This document shows, piece after piece, positions 56,530 through 64,000 of a DNA stretch of 64,000 bases. This DNA is from Candidatus Pelagibacterales bacterium. GTDB lineage: Bacteria > Pseudomonadota > Alphaproteobacteria > TMED109. Location: positions 4,583 to 68,582 of the forward strand of contig PAZF01000009.1 of NCBI GenBank assembly GCA_002715505.1, written 5' to 3'. The notes under the pieces are model-generated. The model was given only the letters and a program-made list of their open reading frames with translations. It had not been told where the DNA came from and ran no database searches. The translations under genes were made by a program, and so were the position numbers. Position 1 is the first letter of the stretch. Every line of letters starts with the position of its first letter.

Positions 56530-57726
56530 ATGGATTTAAATTTATCAGATGAGGATAAAAATTTTAGAAAAGAGGTAAAAGACTTTATTAAAAAAAATCT
56601 ATCTTCAGAACAGCAAAAAAAAATTAAGAATGGTGGAAGTTATACAAAAGATGAAACTATTAAATGGCAGAGGGCACTATTCAAAAATAACTGGTTTGCA
56701 AATAATTGGCCAAAAACCTATGGAGGTTGCGAATGGAGTCCAATGAAAAGATACATATTTGATCAAGAAACGGCCTATGCTTATACTCCACAAATAGTTC
56801 CTTTTGGTGTTACTATGGTGGGGCCAGTAATAATTGAGTTTGGAACAGAGTTACAAAAAAAAAGTTTTTTGCCAAAAATTCTTAATTCAGAGCACTGGTG
56901 GTGTCAGGGTTATTCAGAACCTGGATCTGGATCTGATTTAGCTTCGTTGAAAACTAAAGCTATTTCTGAAGGAAATAATTATATAATTAATGGAACCAAA
57001 ACTTGGACAACCCTTGCGCAACATGCTGATTGGATGTTTTGCTTAGTAAGAACTGATAATACCTCTAAACCACAAGAAGGAATTTCTTTTATTCTAATTG
57101 ATATGAAATCTAAGGGAATAACAGTTGATCCTATTATTACATTAGATGAAAGTCATGAGGTTAATACAGTCTATTTAGAAGATGTAGTGGTTCCAAAAGA
57201 TAATTTAATTTATCAGGAAAATAAAGGTTGGACGGTTGCTAAGTATCTCCTCAGTCATGAAAGAACAAGTATAGCTCAAGTTGCAAGATCAAAAAGCGCA
57301 ATAAAAAAATTAAAAATGATAGCTTCTCATGAAGTTTTTGATAATAGTCCTCTGATTGATAATACTAGATTTAGAGACAAATTAACTGAACTTGAAATGG
57401 ATCTTCATTCTCTAGAATATACAGAAATAAGAATTCTTTCAGAAGAAGCTAAAGGTTCTTCTCCAGGACCAGAAGCTTCTTTTTTAAAAATAAGAGGATC
57501 AGAATTACAACAAAAAATAAGTGAGCTTACTCTAGAGGCTGTAGGAGCTTTTGGACTAATTAAATCAAATAGCTATAATCAGGATAATAGCAATGAATAC
57601 TTTCCTGGTGCCGAATATGCCAATAATGTTGGAGCAGAGTATCTTAACCTTAGAAAGACAACTATATATGGTGGCTCTAATGAAATACAGAAAAATATTC
57701 TTTCTAAAATGGTATTAGGTTTGTAA
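56530..57726 (+). CDS. Acyl-CoA dehydrogenase
   Basis: 398-aa ORF with the ACAD fold pattern (WCQGYSEPGSGSDLASL, ITGTKTW-like INGTKTWTT). The C-terminal IYGGSNEIQ has Gly where MCAD has the catalytic Glu. A Glu sits at the IVD/LCAD-type position (LSHERTSIA). Confidence 0.88.
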   Translation: MDLNLSDEDKNFRKEVKDFIKKNLSSEQQKKIKNGGSYTKDETIKWQRALFKNNWFANNWPKTYGGCEWSPMKRYIFDQETAYAYTPQIVPFGVTMVGPVIIEFGTELQKKSFLPKILNSEHWWCQGYSEPGSGSDLASLKTKAISEGNNYIINGTKTWTTLAQHADWMFCLVRTDNTSKPQEGISFILIDMKSKGITVDPIITLDESHEVNTVYLEDVVVPKDNLIYQENKGWTVAKYLLSHERTSIAQVARSKSAIKKLKMIASHEVFDNSPLIDNTRFRDKLTELEMDLHSLEYTEIRILSEEAKGSSPGPEASFLKIRGSELQQKISELTLEAVGAFGLIKSNSYNQDNSNEYFPGAEYANNVGAEYLNLRKTTIYGGSNEIQKNILSKMVLGL

Positions 57727-58847
57727 TGAACCTAACTTTCTCAGAAGAACAAGTTCTTATCAAAGAAAATGCACAGAAATTTCTTAACCTACATTATTCT
57801 TTTGAAAAAAGAAGAGAAATTATTGAAGAAAGTGGGGGATTTTATTTTAAACACTGGAAGGATTTTGCAGAATTGGGTTGGTTAGGCTTGGCATTTCCAG
57901 AAAAAGTTGGTGGTTACGGTGGAAATATTAGTAATTTAATGATTCTTATGGAGTGTCTAGGATCTAACTTAACCTTAGAGCCATTTACTTTCAATAATCT
58001 AATCATAGGAAAGCTTTTTCAAGAAATTCAATCGGATAAAACTAATAACTTTTTAGAGGAAATTATTACAGGTAAAAAATTATATTCTTTCTTATTTTCA
58101 CCAACGGAAAATTATAAAAATAATATTTTAAATAACTTAAAAATAGTAAATGAAAATGGAAAAGTATTTTTAAAGGGAAGTTGCAACTGTGTATTTGGAA
58201 TTGAAAAATTTGATTATATTTTAGTGCCAGTTTTATCAGATAATAATATACTTTTATATCTTTTATCTCAAAAAAGAAATGGCTATGAAATAAGAAATTT
58301 TGAAACTATTGATAACATGAAATGTTCTAACATTGATTTTAACTCATTAGAATTGAACAAAGATGAGATAATTTTTAAGATGAGTAAAGCAGATTTTTTT
58401 GAAATATTTGATTATATATATGATTTAGCAACTTTATCTACATGTTCACAAGCTCTAGGTATTATAGATAGGATGTATGATCTAACCTTAGACTATTGCA
58501 AAACTAGGAAACAGTTTGGAAAAAGTATAGGTTCTTTTCAAGTAATACAGCACAGACTAGTTGATATGCATATAACTAAAGAGGAAATGAGGTCTTTAAA
58601 TTATATGGCTCAAGTAAAATTTGATGACAAAATAGAAATTAGAAAAAAAAATATTTCTCTAAATAAAATATTCTTAGGTTCTAGAGCTAAGAATATGGCT
58701 CAAGAATGTATTCAACTTCACGGGGGAATGGGCGTAGCAAAAGAAATGAGTATAGGACATTACTTTTCTAAGATTACATCATTTTGTACATTATTTGGTA
58801 GCATTGATTATCATAAAGAAAGATATGCTGCTAATGATTTTCAATAA
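57726..58847 (+). CDS. Acyl-CoA dehydrogenase-family protein (possible non-catalytic partner)
   Basis: 373-aa ORF with a TAATG overlap with the upstream ACAD. ACAD C-terminal domain motifs are present (RKQFGKSIGSFQVIQHRLVDM, QLHGGMG). By eye I found no Glu at either canonical catalytic position. Confidence 0.8.
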   Translation: MNLTFSEEQVLIKENAQKFLNLHYSFEKRREIIEESGGFYFKHWKDFAELGWLGLAFPEKVGGYGGNISNLMILMECLGSNLTLEPFTFNNLIIGKLFQEIQSDKTNNFLEEIITGKKLYSFLFSPTENYKNNILNNLKIVNENGKVFLKGSCNCVFGIEKFDYILVPVLSDNNILLYLLSQKRNGYEIRNFETIDNMKCSNIDFNSLELNKDEIIFKMSKADFFEIFDYIYDLATLSTCSQALGIIDRMYDLTLDYCKTRKQFGKSIGSFQVIQHRLVDMHITKEEMRSLNYMAQVKFDDKIEIRKKNISLNKIFLGSRAKNMAQECIQLHGGMGVAKEMSIGHYFSKITSFCTLFGSIDYHKERYAANDFQ

Positions 58848-58849
58848 AA

Positions 58850-59137
58850 ATGCCATTCTATATTAATTTAAAAATCATAATTGCTGTTATCTTGATTTTA
58901 GCATTAATAGTGTGCTTATTTTTCTTTTTTGCAATTTTTGCAATAATAATGCTACCAATTATTATTTTAGTTTATATATTTAGAAAACGCATTTTAAAAA
59001 CAATAATCGTAAAAAACTTTACCTCCAGTACTCATGGTTTTGAAAATGAGACATATCGTAGCAATCCTTATGAAAGCGATAATGATTTTATAGAAGTAGA
59101 TTATGAAAAAAAAAATGAAAAAGACGTAGATAACTAA
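58850..59137 (+). CDS. Small hypothetical membrane protein
   Basis: 95-aa ORF with two hydrophobic helices followed by an acidic tail. I recognised no family. It starts 2 nt after the ACAD pair. Confidence 0.4.
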   Translation: MPFYINLKIIIAVILILALIVCLFFFFAIFAIIMLPIIILVYIFRKRILKTIIVKNFTSSTHGFENETYRSNPYESDNDFIEVDYEKKNEKDVDN

Positions 59138-60192
59138 TTTTCAGAAAATTTTTCATAATAAATATTTTTTTTTAAAGCATTTAATTTTAGTACATGCCTA
59201 TATGTTGCATCTACAAATTTATCAGATCCTGATATAAGAACTTTATGAGTAGACAAATCTTTAAAAATTTTCTGTAGGTTATCATTAACTCTTCCATTTA
59301 AAAATATATTATTCGGTAATTTTTTTTCTCTAGTTAATGTAATCTTAAATGAAAAGTTTTTATATTTTTGTCTTAGTTTAAAAAGTGTACTCATTTCTAA
59401 TATTTCGTCCCTGTTTCTTACTGATAAATAAATTAAGGCATTAAGTGTATGATTTTTATTTAGTAAATCTTTTACTATAGATAGTATGGGAGAAATTCCT
59501 GTGCCTCCAGCGATTCCTATTACAGGATCATCTTTCTTTATTTTATACTGAAAGGTAGCATAAGGGCCTTTTAATTTTAGCAAGTCTCCTGGCTTAATTT
59601 TATTATGAATAATTTTACTTAAGCCATTTCTATTATGATTTACTATTAAAAAGCTCACTATATTACTTTCAAGATTTAGGGAATTATTAGGTGAGTTTAT
59701 TATCGAATATTTTCTACATAATTTATTATTCTCATAAGTTAAATCCATATGTGACCCTGGATAGAATTTAAAGTTAAGCTTGGGAGGAACAAAGAGACTT
59801 AATTTTTTAACCATCGGTGTTACTGATTTATTTTCCACAACTTGTAAAAGTAATTCTTTTGGAATTATTTTGAAGTTATTTCTATTCTTTTCCTTCAGAA
59901 TTTTTAATTCATCTGAAGTATATTCTATTATAACTTCTTTAGAGTTTGGAAAAGATTGACATAATAAAATAGAGTTATTTTTAGAAATTAATTCACTATT
60001 TTTATTTGATATTGTACCCTTTGTTAATTTTGACGCACATGATCCGCATGCTCCTGATTTGCATCCATGAGGTAATATAATATTTGATGCAATAGCAGAG
60101 TCTAAAATACTATAATTATTATTTTTAGCATTAAATTTAATATTAGAATCTTTTATAGAGATTAAATATTTTTTTTCCATTTTATAGAACAT
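59134..60192 (-). CDS. 2Fe-2S ferredoxin / FNR-like FAD-NAD(P) oxidoreductase fusion
   Basis: 352-aa ORF with a plant-type ferredoxin cysteine motif (CKSGACGSCASKL ... C), the FAD motif RKYSI and the NAD(P) motif GIAGGTGISP. Confidence 0.8.
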   Translation of the reverse strand: MFYKMEKKYLISIKDSNIKFNAKNNNYSILDSAIASNIILPHGCKSGACGSCASKLTKGTISNKNSELISKNNSILLCQSFPNSKEVIIEYTSDELKILKEKNRNNFKIIPKELLLQVVENKSVTPMVKKLSLFVPPKLNFKFYPGSHMDLTYENNKLCRKYSIINSPNNSLNLESNIVSFLIVNHNRNGLSKIIHNKIKPGDLLKLKGPYATFQYKIKKDDPVIGIAGGTGISPILSIVKDLLNKNHTLNALIYLSVRNRDEILEMSTLFKLRQKYKNFSFKITLTREKKLPNNIFLNGRVNDNLQKIFKDLSTHKVLISGSDKFVDATYRHVLKLNALKKNIYYEKFSEN

Positions 60193-60231
60193 CCCATGCT
60201 TGAATACTGCACTTCTTCTAATATATTTCCT

Positions 60232-60723
60232 TTAATTTTTTTTTTTAAAAGAATTTACTAACTCTTTTTTACGTGATATTTCATTTTTAGATTGGTATCT
60301 TAAATTATCTAATCTTCCTCTATAAAATAGTTTTTTATTTTTATCAAAACAATAGAAATCTGGAGTGCATACGGCATTGTATTTTTTTGCAATCTCTTGA
60401 TTTTGGTCATAAAGGTAATGAAAGCTAAAGTTAAATTTTTCAGAAAATTTAATCATATTTTCATATGAGTCTTCCGGATAATTATCTGCATCATTAGGCA
60501 TTATCGCAACAGTCCCCACACCAAGCTCTTCTAATTCATTGAAGTCATTCACCATTCTACCAATAATATCTTTTACATAAGGACAATGATTACATATAAA
60601 GGCTATAACTAACCCATTTTTCTTAAGTAAATCCTTATCAGTTACCATACTACCTGATACTGAGAGCAAACTAAATGGATGCATTTTCCAACCTTTATTG
60701 ACAATTTTACTATTTAAAAGCAT
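60232..60723 (-). CDS. Thioredoxin-fold redoxin (AhpC/TSA-like) protein
   Basis: 163-aa ORF with the redox-motif region FICNHCPYVKD and a TPDFYCFD segment, typical of thioredoxin-like family proteins. Confidence 0.7.
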   Translation of the reverse strand: MLLNSKIVNKGWKMHPFSLLSVSGSMVTDKDLLKKNGLVIAFICNHCPYVKDIIGRMVNDFNELEELGVGTVAIMPNDADNYPEDSYENMIKFSEKFNFSFHYLYDQNQEIAKKYNAVCTPDFYCFDKNKKLFYRGRLDNLRYQSKNEISRKKELVNSFKKKN

Positions 60724-60809
60724 ATTATTTAATTATAACTTATTATTATAAAAAAAATATTTTTTTGAATATCTTGACAAAATAATCATAATAATTATTT
60801 CCATTATAT

Positions 60810-61739
60810 ATGCAACAAATGATAAAAATAAAAAGTCTATGTAAAAGTTTTGGAAGCTTTTCAGCTGTTAATAATATTACTTTTGACTTAAATAAAGGCG
60901 ATATTTTAGGATTTTTAGGTCCAAATGGCGCCGGGAAAACCACAACAATGAGAATGTTAACAGGCTTTCTAAAGCCCTCGAGTGGAGATGTTATAATTAA
61001 TAATCGTAATATGAAAGATAATCCAGAAATCTGCAAAAGTTTTATAGGGTATGTCCCCGAAGGAGCTCCTTTATATGAAGAGATGACAGCAATAGATTTT
61101 TTAAAATTTACAGCTAAAATTAGAAAAATTAGAAAAGAAAATCTAGAAAAAACTCTAGAAAACGTAATAAACTTACTAAATCTTAAAAAAATATTATTTA
61201 AAAAAATTGATACTTTATCTAAGGGATTTAAGAGAAGAGTTGGTTTGGCGCAAGCAATAATACACAACCCAGAAATTTTAATATTAGATGAGCCTACAGA
61301 TGGACTTGATCCAAATCAAAAAAATGAGGTTAGAAGTTTAATTAGAAAGTTAGGTAAAGAGAAGGCCATAATTATATCTACGCATATTCTTGAGGAAGTT
61401 AATGCTATTTGCAATAGGGCAATGATAATTTCCGACGGAAGACTTTTGCTAGACGATAAGCCAAATGAAATATTAAAAAAATCAACTTCCTATAAAAGCA
61501 TTTATATTGCTATAGAAGAAAAAAATTCCTTTGATTTAAAAAACGAGATTCTCAATAAAAAAATATCAAAAGATGTAAGTGTTAGAAACAATCAGTGTGT
61601 TATAAAAACAAACAATTCAAAATCCGTAAAAAGCAATTTAGATGAGTTTATTAAAAAAAATAAATTTACCTTAAAACATTATTCAATTGGAAAAGGAAGT
61701 TTAGAAGAAGTATTTAGAAGGCTTACAAGTGATGAGTAA
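60810..61739 (+). CDS. ABC transporter ATP-binding protein (ABC-2/GldA-like)
   Basis: 309-aa ORF with Walker A (GPNGAGKTTT), signature (LSKGFKRRVGLAQA) and Walker B (LILDEPTDGLD). Confidence 0.88.
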   Translation: MQQMIKIKSLCKSFGSFSAVNNITFDLNKGDILGFLGPNGAGKTTTMRMLTGFLKPSSGDVIINNRNMKDNPEICKSFIGYVPEGAPLYEEMTAIDFLKFTAKIRKIRKENLEKTLENVINLLNLKKILFKKIDTLSKGFKRRVGLAQAIIHNPEILILDEPTDGLDPNQKNEVRSLIRKLGKEKAIIISTHILEEVNAICNRAMIISDGRLLLDDKPNEILKKSTSYKSIYIAIEEKNSFDLKNEILNKKISKDVSVRNNQCVIKTNNSKSVKSNLDEFIKKNKFTLKHYSIGKGSLEEVFRRLTSDE

Positions 61740-62475
61740 CTTTTTTTATTCTTCTTATCTCATATTTCAAAGAGAAATTTTAAGTTATTTTTCTACACCT
61801 ATAGCATACGTTTTTATTGCAATTTTCTTATTATTATCTAGTTTATTTACTTTCTATTTAGGAAATTTTTTTGAATTGGGTCAAGCCAACTTGTCTAGCT
61901 TTTTTGAATGGCACCCTTGGTTATATCTTTTTTTGATACCATCTGTAACAATGAGATTATGGGCAGAAGAAAAGAAAACTGGAACTATTGAGCTTATAAC
62001 AACATTACCTATAAGTTCATCATCTATAGTAATAGGTAAGTTTTTTGCTTCCTGGGTATTCTCTTCTATTGCTTTATTATTATCTTTTCCTCTTTGGATT
62101 ACAGTTAATTACTTAGGAGAACCAGATAATGGAGTAATATTAGCTAGTTATATAGGTAGCATATTAATGGCAGGTGCGTATCTTTCTATAGGTAGTTGTA
62201 TTTCAGCATTAACGAATAACCAAGTTATTGCTTTTGTCGTAGCTGCAACCATCAGTTTTTTATTTACTGTAAGCGGCCTTCCTATAGTATTAGACTTTTT
62301 TTCCACCTGGTCAGGTCAAATTTTAACGGATACTATTGCCTCATTTAGTTTTCTAACTAATTATTCTGATATTACAAGAGGTTTGATTGATTTGAGAAGC
62401 TTAATTTATTTCATTACTCTTATTTGTTTGTTTCTATACACAAATATTTTAATAATTACTAATGTGAGGGATTAA
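61729..62475 (+). CDS. ABC-2 type transporter permease (GldF-like)
   Basis: 248-aa polytopic ORF. It overlaps the ATPase gene by 11 nt and the next gene by 1 nt (TAATG). Confidence 0.75.
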   Translation: MMSNFFYSSYLIFQREILSYFSTPIAYVFIAIFLLLSSLFTFYLGNFFELGQANLSSFFEWHPWLYLFLIPSVTMRLWAEEKKTGTIELITTLPISSSSIVIGKFFASWVFSSIALLLSFPLWITVNYLGEPDNGVILASYIGSILMAGAYLSIGSCISALTNNQVIAFVVAATISFLFTVSGLPIVLDFFSTWSGQILTDTIASFSFLTNYSDITRGLIDLRSLIYFITLICLFLYTNILIITNVRD

Positions 62476-64000
62476 TGAGGATTAAAAAAGAATTATTTAA
62501 TAATTCAGTAATATTAAACTTTTTTGTAAGTTTAATAATATTTATTTCTATAAATATTATTGCCTCTAGAATTATTGTTAATAAAAAAATAGATTTAACT
62601 GAAGATAATCTTTTTACACTTTCTAGCAATACAAAAAATATTCTCAAGAATTTAAATGAACAGATAAAAATACAATTTTTTTTTTCAGATTCTTTAAGTA
62701 AAGATATACCTCAAATTAGAGACTTTGAACGGAGAGTAAGAGAACTAATGAGTTCTTACACCAAACTTTCAAAAAATATTAAGCTTGAAATTTTTGATCC
62801 TATGCCATTTACGGAGCTTGAAGATTTAGCAACTTCTTATGGAATACAAGGCTTGCAACTTAATCAAGAAGGAGAAAGGTTTTACTTTGGTGCAGTATTA
62901 ACAAATTCAGTCGATGACATGGTAGTAATACCCTTCTTCGAGATAGCTAGAGAAAGATTTTTGGAATATGATCTCACTAAATCAATTTTTAATCTTGCTA
63001 ATACTGAAAAGACTGTTATTGGATTAATTTCAAGCCTTCCATTTGCAGGGGGTTTATCAAATAATCCTGAAGGACCAGGCTATCAAAATCCTTTTTATCT
63101 TTATGAAAATATATCAGAATTTTATGAAATTTTTAATGTTACAGAAAATTTGGAAAAAATACCTGATAATATTGACCAACTTCTTGTAATTCATCCGAAA
63201 AATTTATCAGATAACCTTCTTTATCAAATAGATCAATTTGTATTGTCTGGTAAAGGAGCAACTTTTTTCATAGATCCTTTTTCAGAATATGAAATAACAA
63301 ATCAACCTTTAAATAACGAAGCCACTAATATTCCTAAATCAGACTTAAATAGATTATTTAAAGAGTGGGGTTTGGAAGTTCAACCAGGCATGGTAGTTGG
63401 CGATATAATAAATGGAAGAAAAGTAAGTTTAGGGGATGCTAATAACGAAAAAATACTTACTTACATTTTATGGCTTGCCCTGCAGGGAGATTTATTATCC
63501 CATGAAGATATTATTACAGAAAATTTAGATTATGTATTCTTCAAATCAGCAGGTTCAATTAAAAATCTTAATAAAAGCAATGATATAGAGTTCACTCCGT
63601 TAGTTTCCACTTCCTTAAATTCTATGTTAGTTGAAAGGTTTAAAATGCAGTTTAGAGCTGATCCAGAAGCACTTTTAAAAGAATTTGTATCCGAAAATAA
63701 AAGTTTTGTTTTATCTGCAAGAGTAAAGGGATCATTCAAGTCAGCTTTTTCGCAGGAGGAATTAGTAGAACTTAAGATTGATACTAAGAAACACATTAAA
63801 AAAAGTAATACCTCTAATATCATTGTTTTCTCTGATACTGATTTACTTTCGGATATTACATGGTTAACTAGACAAGACATGTTTGGCAGAAGTAATATTA
63901 TACCTACCGCAGATAATGGTAGACTTGTAATGAATGCTATAGAGTCTATGAGTGGCGGAGAGAATCTAATTGGACTTAGAGGAAGGGGTGTTTCTAACAG
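62475..64000 (+). CDS. GldG-like ABC transport auxiliary protein (partial, runs off the window)
   Basis: This ORF is not in the track because it has no stop inside the window. My translation from ATG 62475 is open to position 64000. It shows an N-terminal TM helix and GldG-type segments (LTEDNLFTLS, VIHPKNLSD, IVFSDTDLLSD). Confidence 0.7.
   Translation, partial: MRIKKELFNNSVILNFFVSLIIFISINIIASRIIVNKKIDLTEDNLFTLSSNTKNILKNLNEQIKIQFFFSDSLSKDIPQIRDFERRVRELMSSYTKLSKNIKLEIFDPMPFTELEDLATSYGIQGLQLNQEGERFYFGAVLTNSVDDMVVIPFFEIARERFLEYDLTKSIFNLANTEKTVIGLISSLPFAGGLSNNPEGPGYQNPFYLYENISEFYEIFNVTENLEKIPDNIDQLLVIHPKNLSDNLLYQIDQFVLSGKGATFFIDPFSEYEITNQPLNNEATNIPKSDLNRLFKEWGLEVQPGMVVGDIINGRKVSLGDANNEKILTYILWLALQGDLLSHEDIITENLDYVFFKSAGSIKNLNKSNDIEFTPLVSTSLNSMLVERFKMQFRADPEALLKEFVSENKSFVLSARVKGSFKSAFSQEELVELKIDTKKHIKKSNTSNIIVFSDTDLLSDITWLTRQDMFGRSNIIPTADNGRLVMNAIESMSGGENLIGLRGRGVSN

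Noticed and set aside
60746-61267. A 173-aa minus-strand ORF, and many similar antisense ORFs in the track (for example 2271-2504, 5341-5583, 19170-19565, 27282-27674, 30314-30687, 33512-33799, 42698-43039, 46607-46984, 51475-51807).
   Set aside because: Each lies entirely inside a longer ORF on the opposite strand that has clear family motifs. Their translations are low-complexity (F/L/I/S-rich), as expected for shadow frames in AT-rich DNA.
1-64000. CRISPR arrays, rRNA genes, insertion sequences, toxin-antitoxin or other defence loci.
   Set aside because: I saw no regularly spaced direct repeats. No spacer longer than about 210 bp is left unexplained. No transposase- or integrase-like ORFs are present, and no small paired ORFs of TA type. 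All sizeable ORFs except two or three have housekeeping assignments.

Overview
The window is a visibly AT-rich, very compact chromosome segment. Intergenic spacers are short and many neighbouring genes overlap as ATGA or TAATG. The gene order is alphaproteobacterial (pcm-like/tolC/popZ-like/valS; serS-surE-pcm-nlpD; DUF815-yajC-secD-secF-Mth938; recG-sdhE-mfd), which fits a streamlined marine SAR11/Pelagibacterales-type genome; this is inferred from composition and synteny, not from a search. Content is almost all core housekeeping. It includes four aminoacyl-tRNA synthetases (valS, argS, serS plus ilvD nearby), DNA repair and replication genes (xthA, uvrA, ssb, gyrA, recG, mfd), Sec and Tat export, scpAB and queA/tgt. 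It also has two tRNAs (Lys-UUU, Leu-GAG), an Fe(III)-type ABC importer and a GldAFG-like ABC system. One functional island combines molybdenum-cofactor genes (tusA-like, moeA, mobB, mobA, fdhD), a NAD-linked formate dehydrogenase (fused FdsG/B plus FdsA, Cys type), an oxalate/formate-family MFS transporter, a secreted cyclase/formamidase-family protein and purU. I saw no transposases, integrases, CRISPR arrays, rRNA genes or obvious defence or toxin systems. The most unusual signal is at gene starts. Five conserved genes (SPOR protein, ABC permease, coaD, fdhD, a GST-like gene) have conserved N-terminal sequence in an open frame that contains no ATG, GTG or TTG. In two of them an out-of-frame ATG is linked through a homopolymer (T6, A9). 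This suggests ATA/ATT initiation, slippage or frameshifting, or homopolymer sequencing errors. Other points are a perfect 14-bp hairpin between the transporter gene and fdhD, an eroded Pcm paralog, a tRNA directly abutting a stop codon, an orphan secreted protein after tRNA-Lys, and a translationally coupled acyl-CoA dehydrogenase pair.
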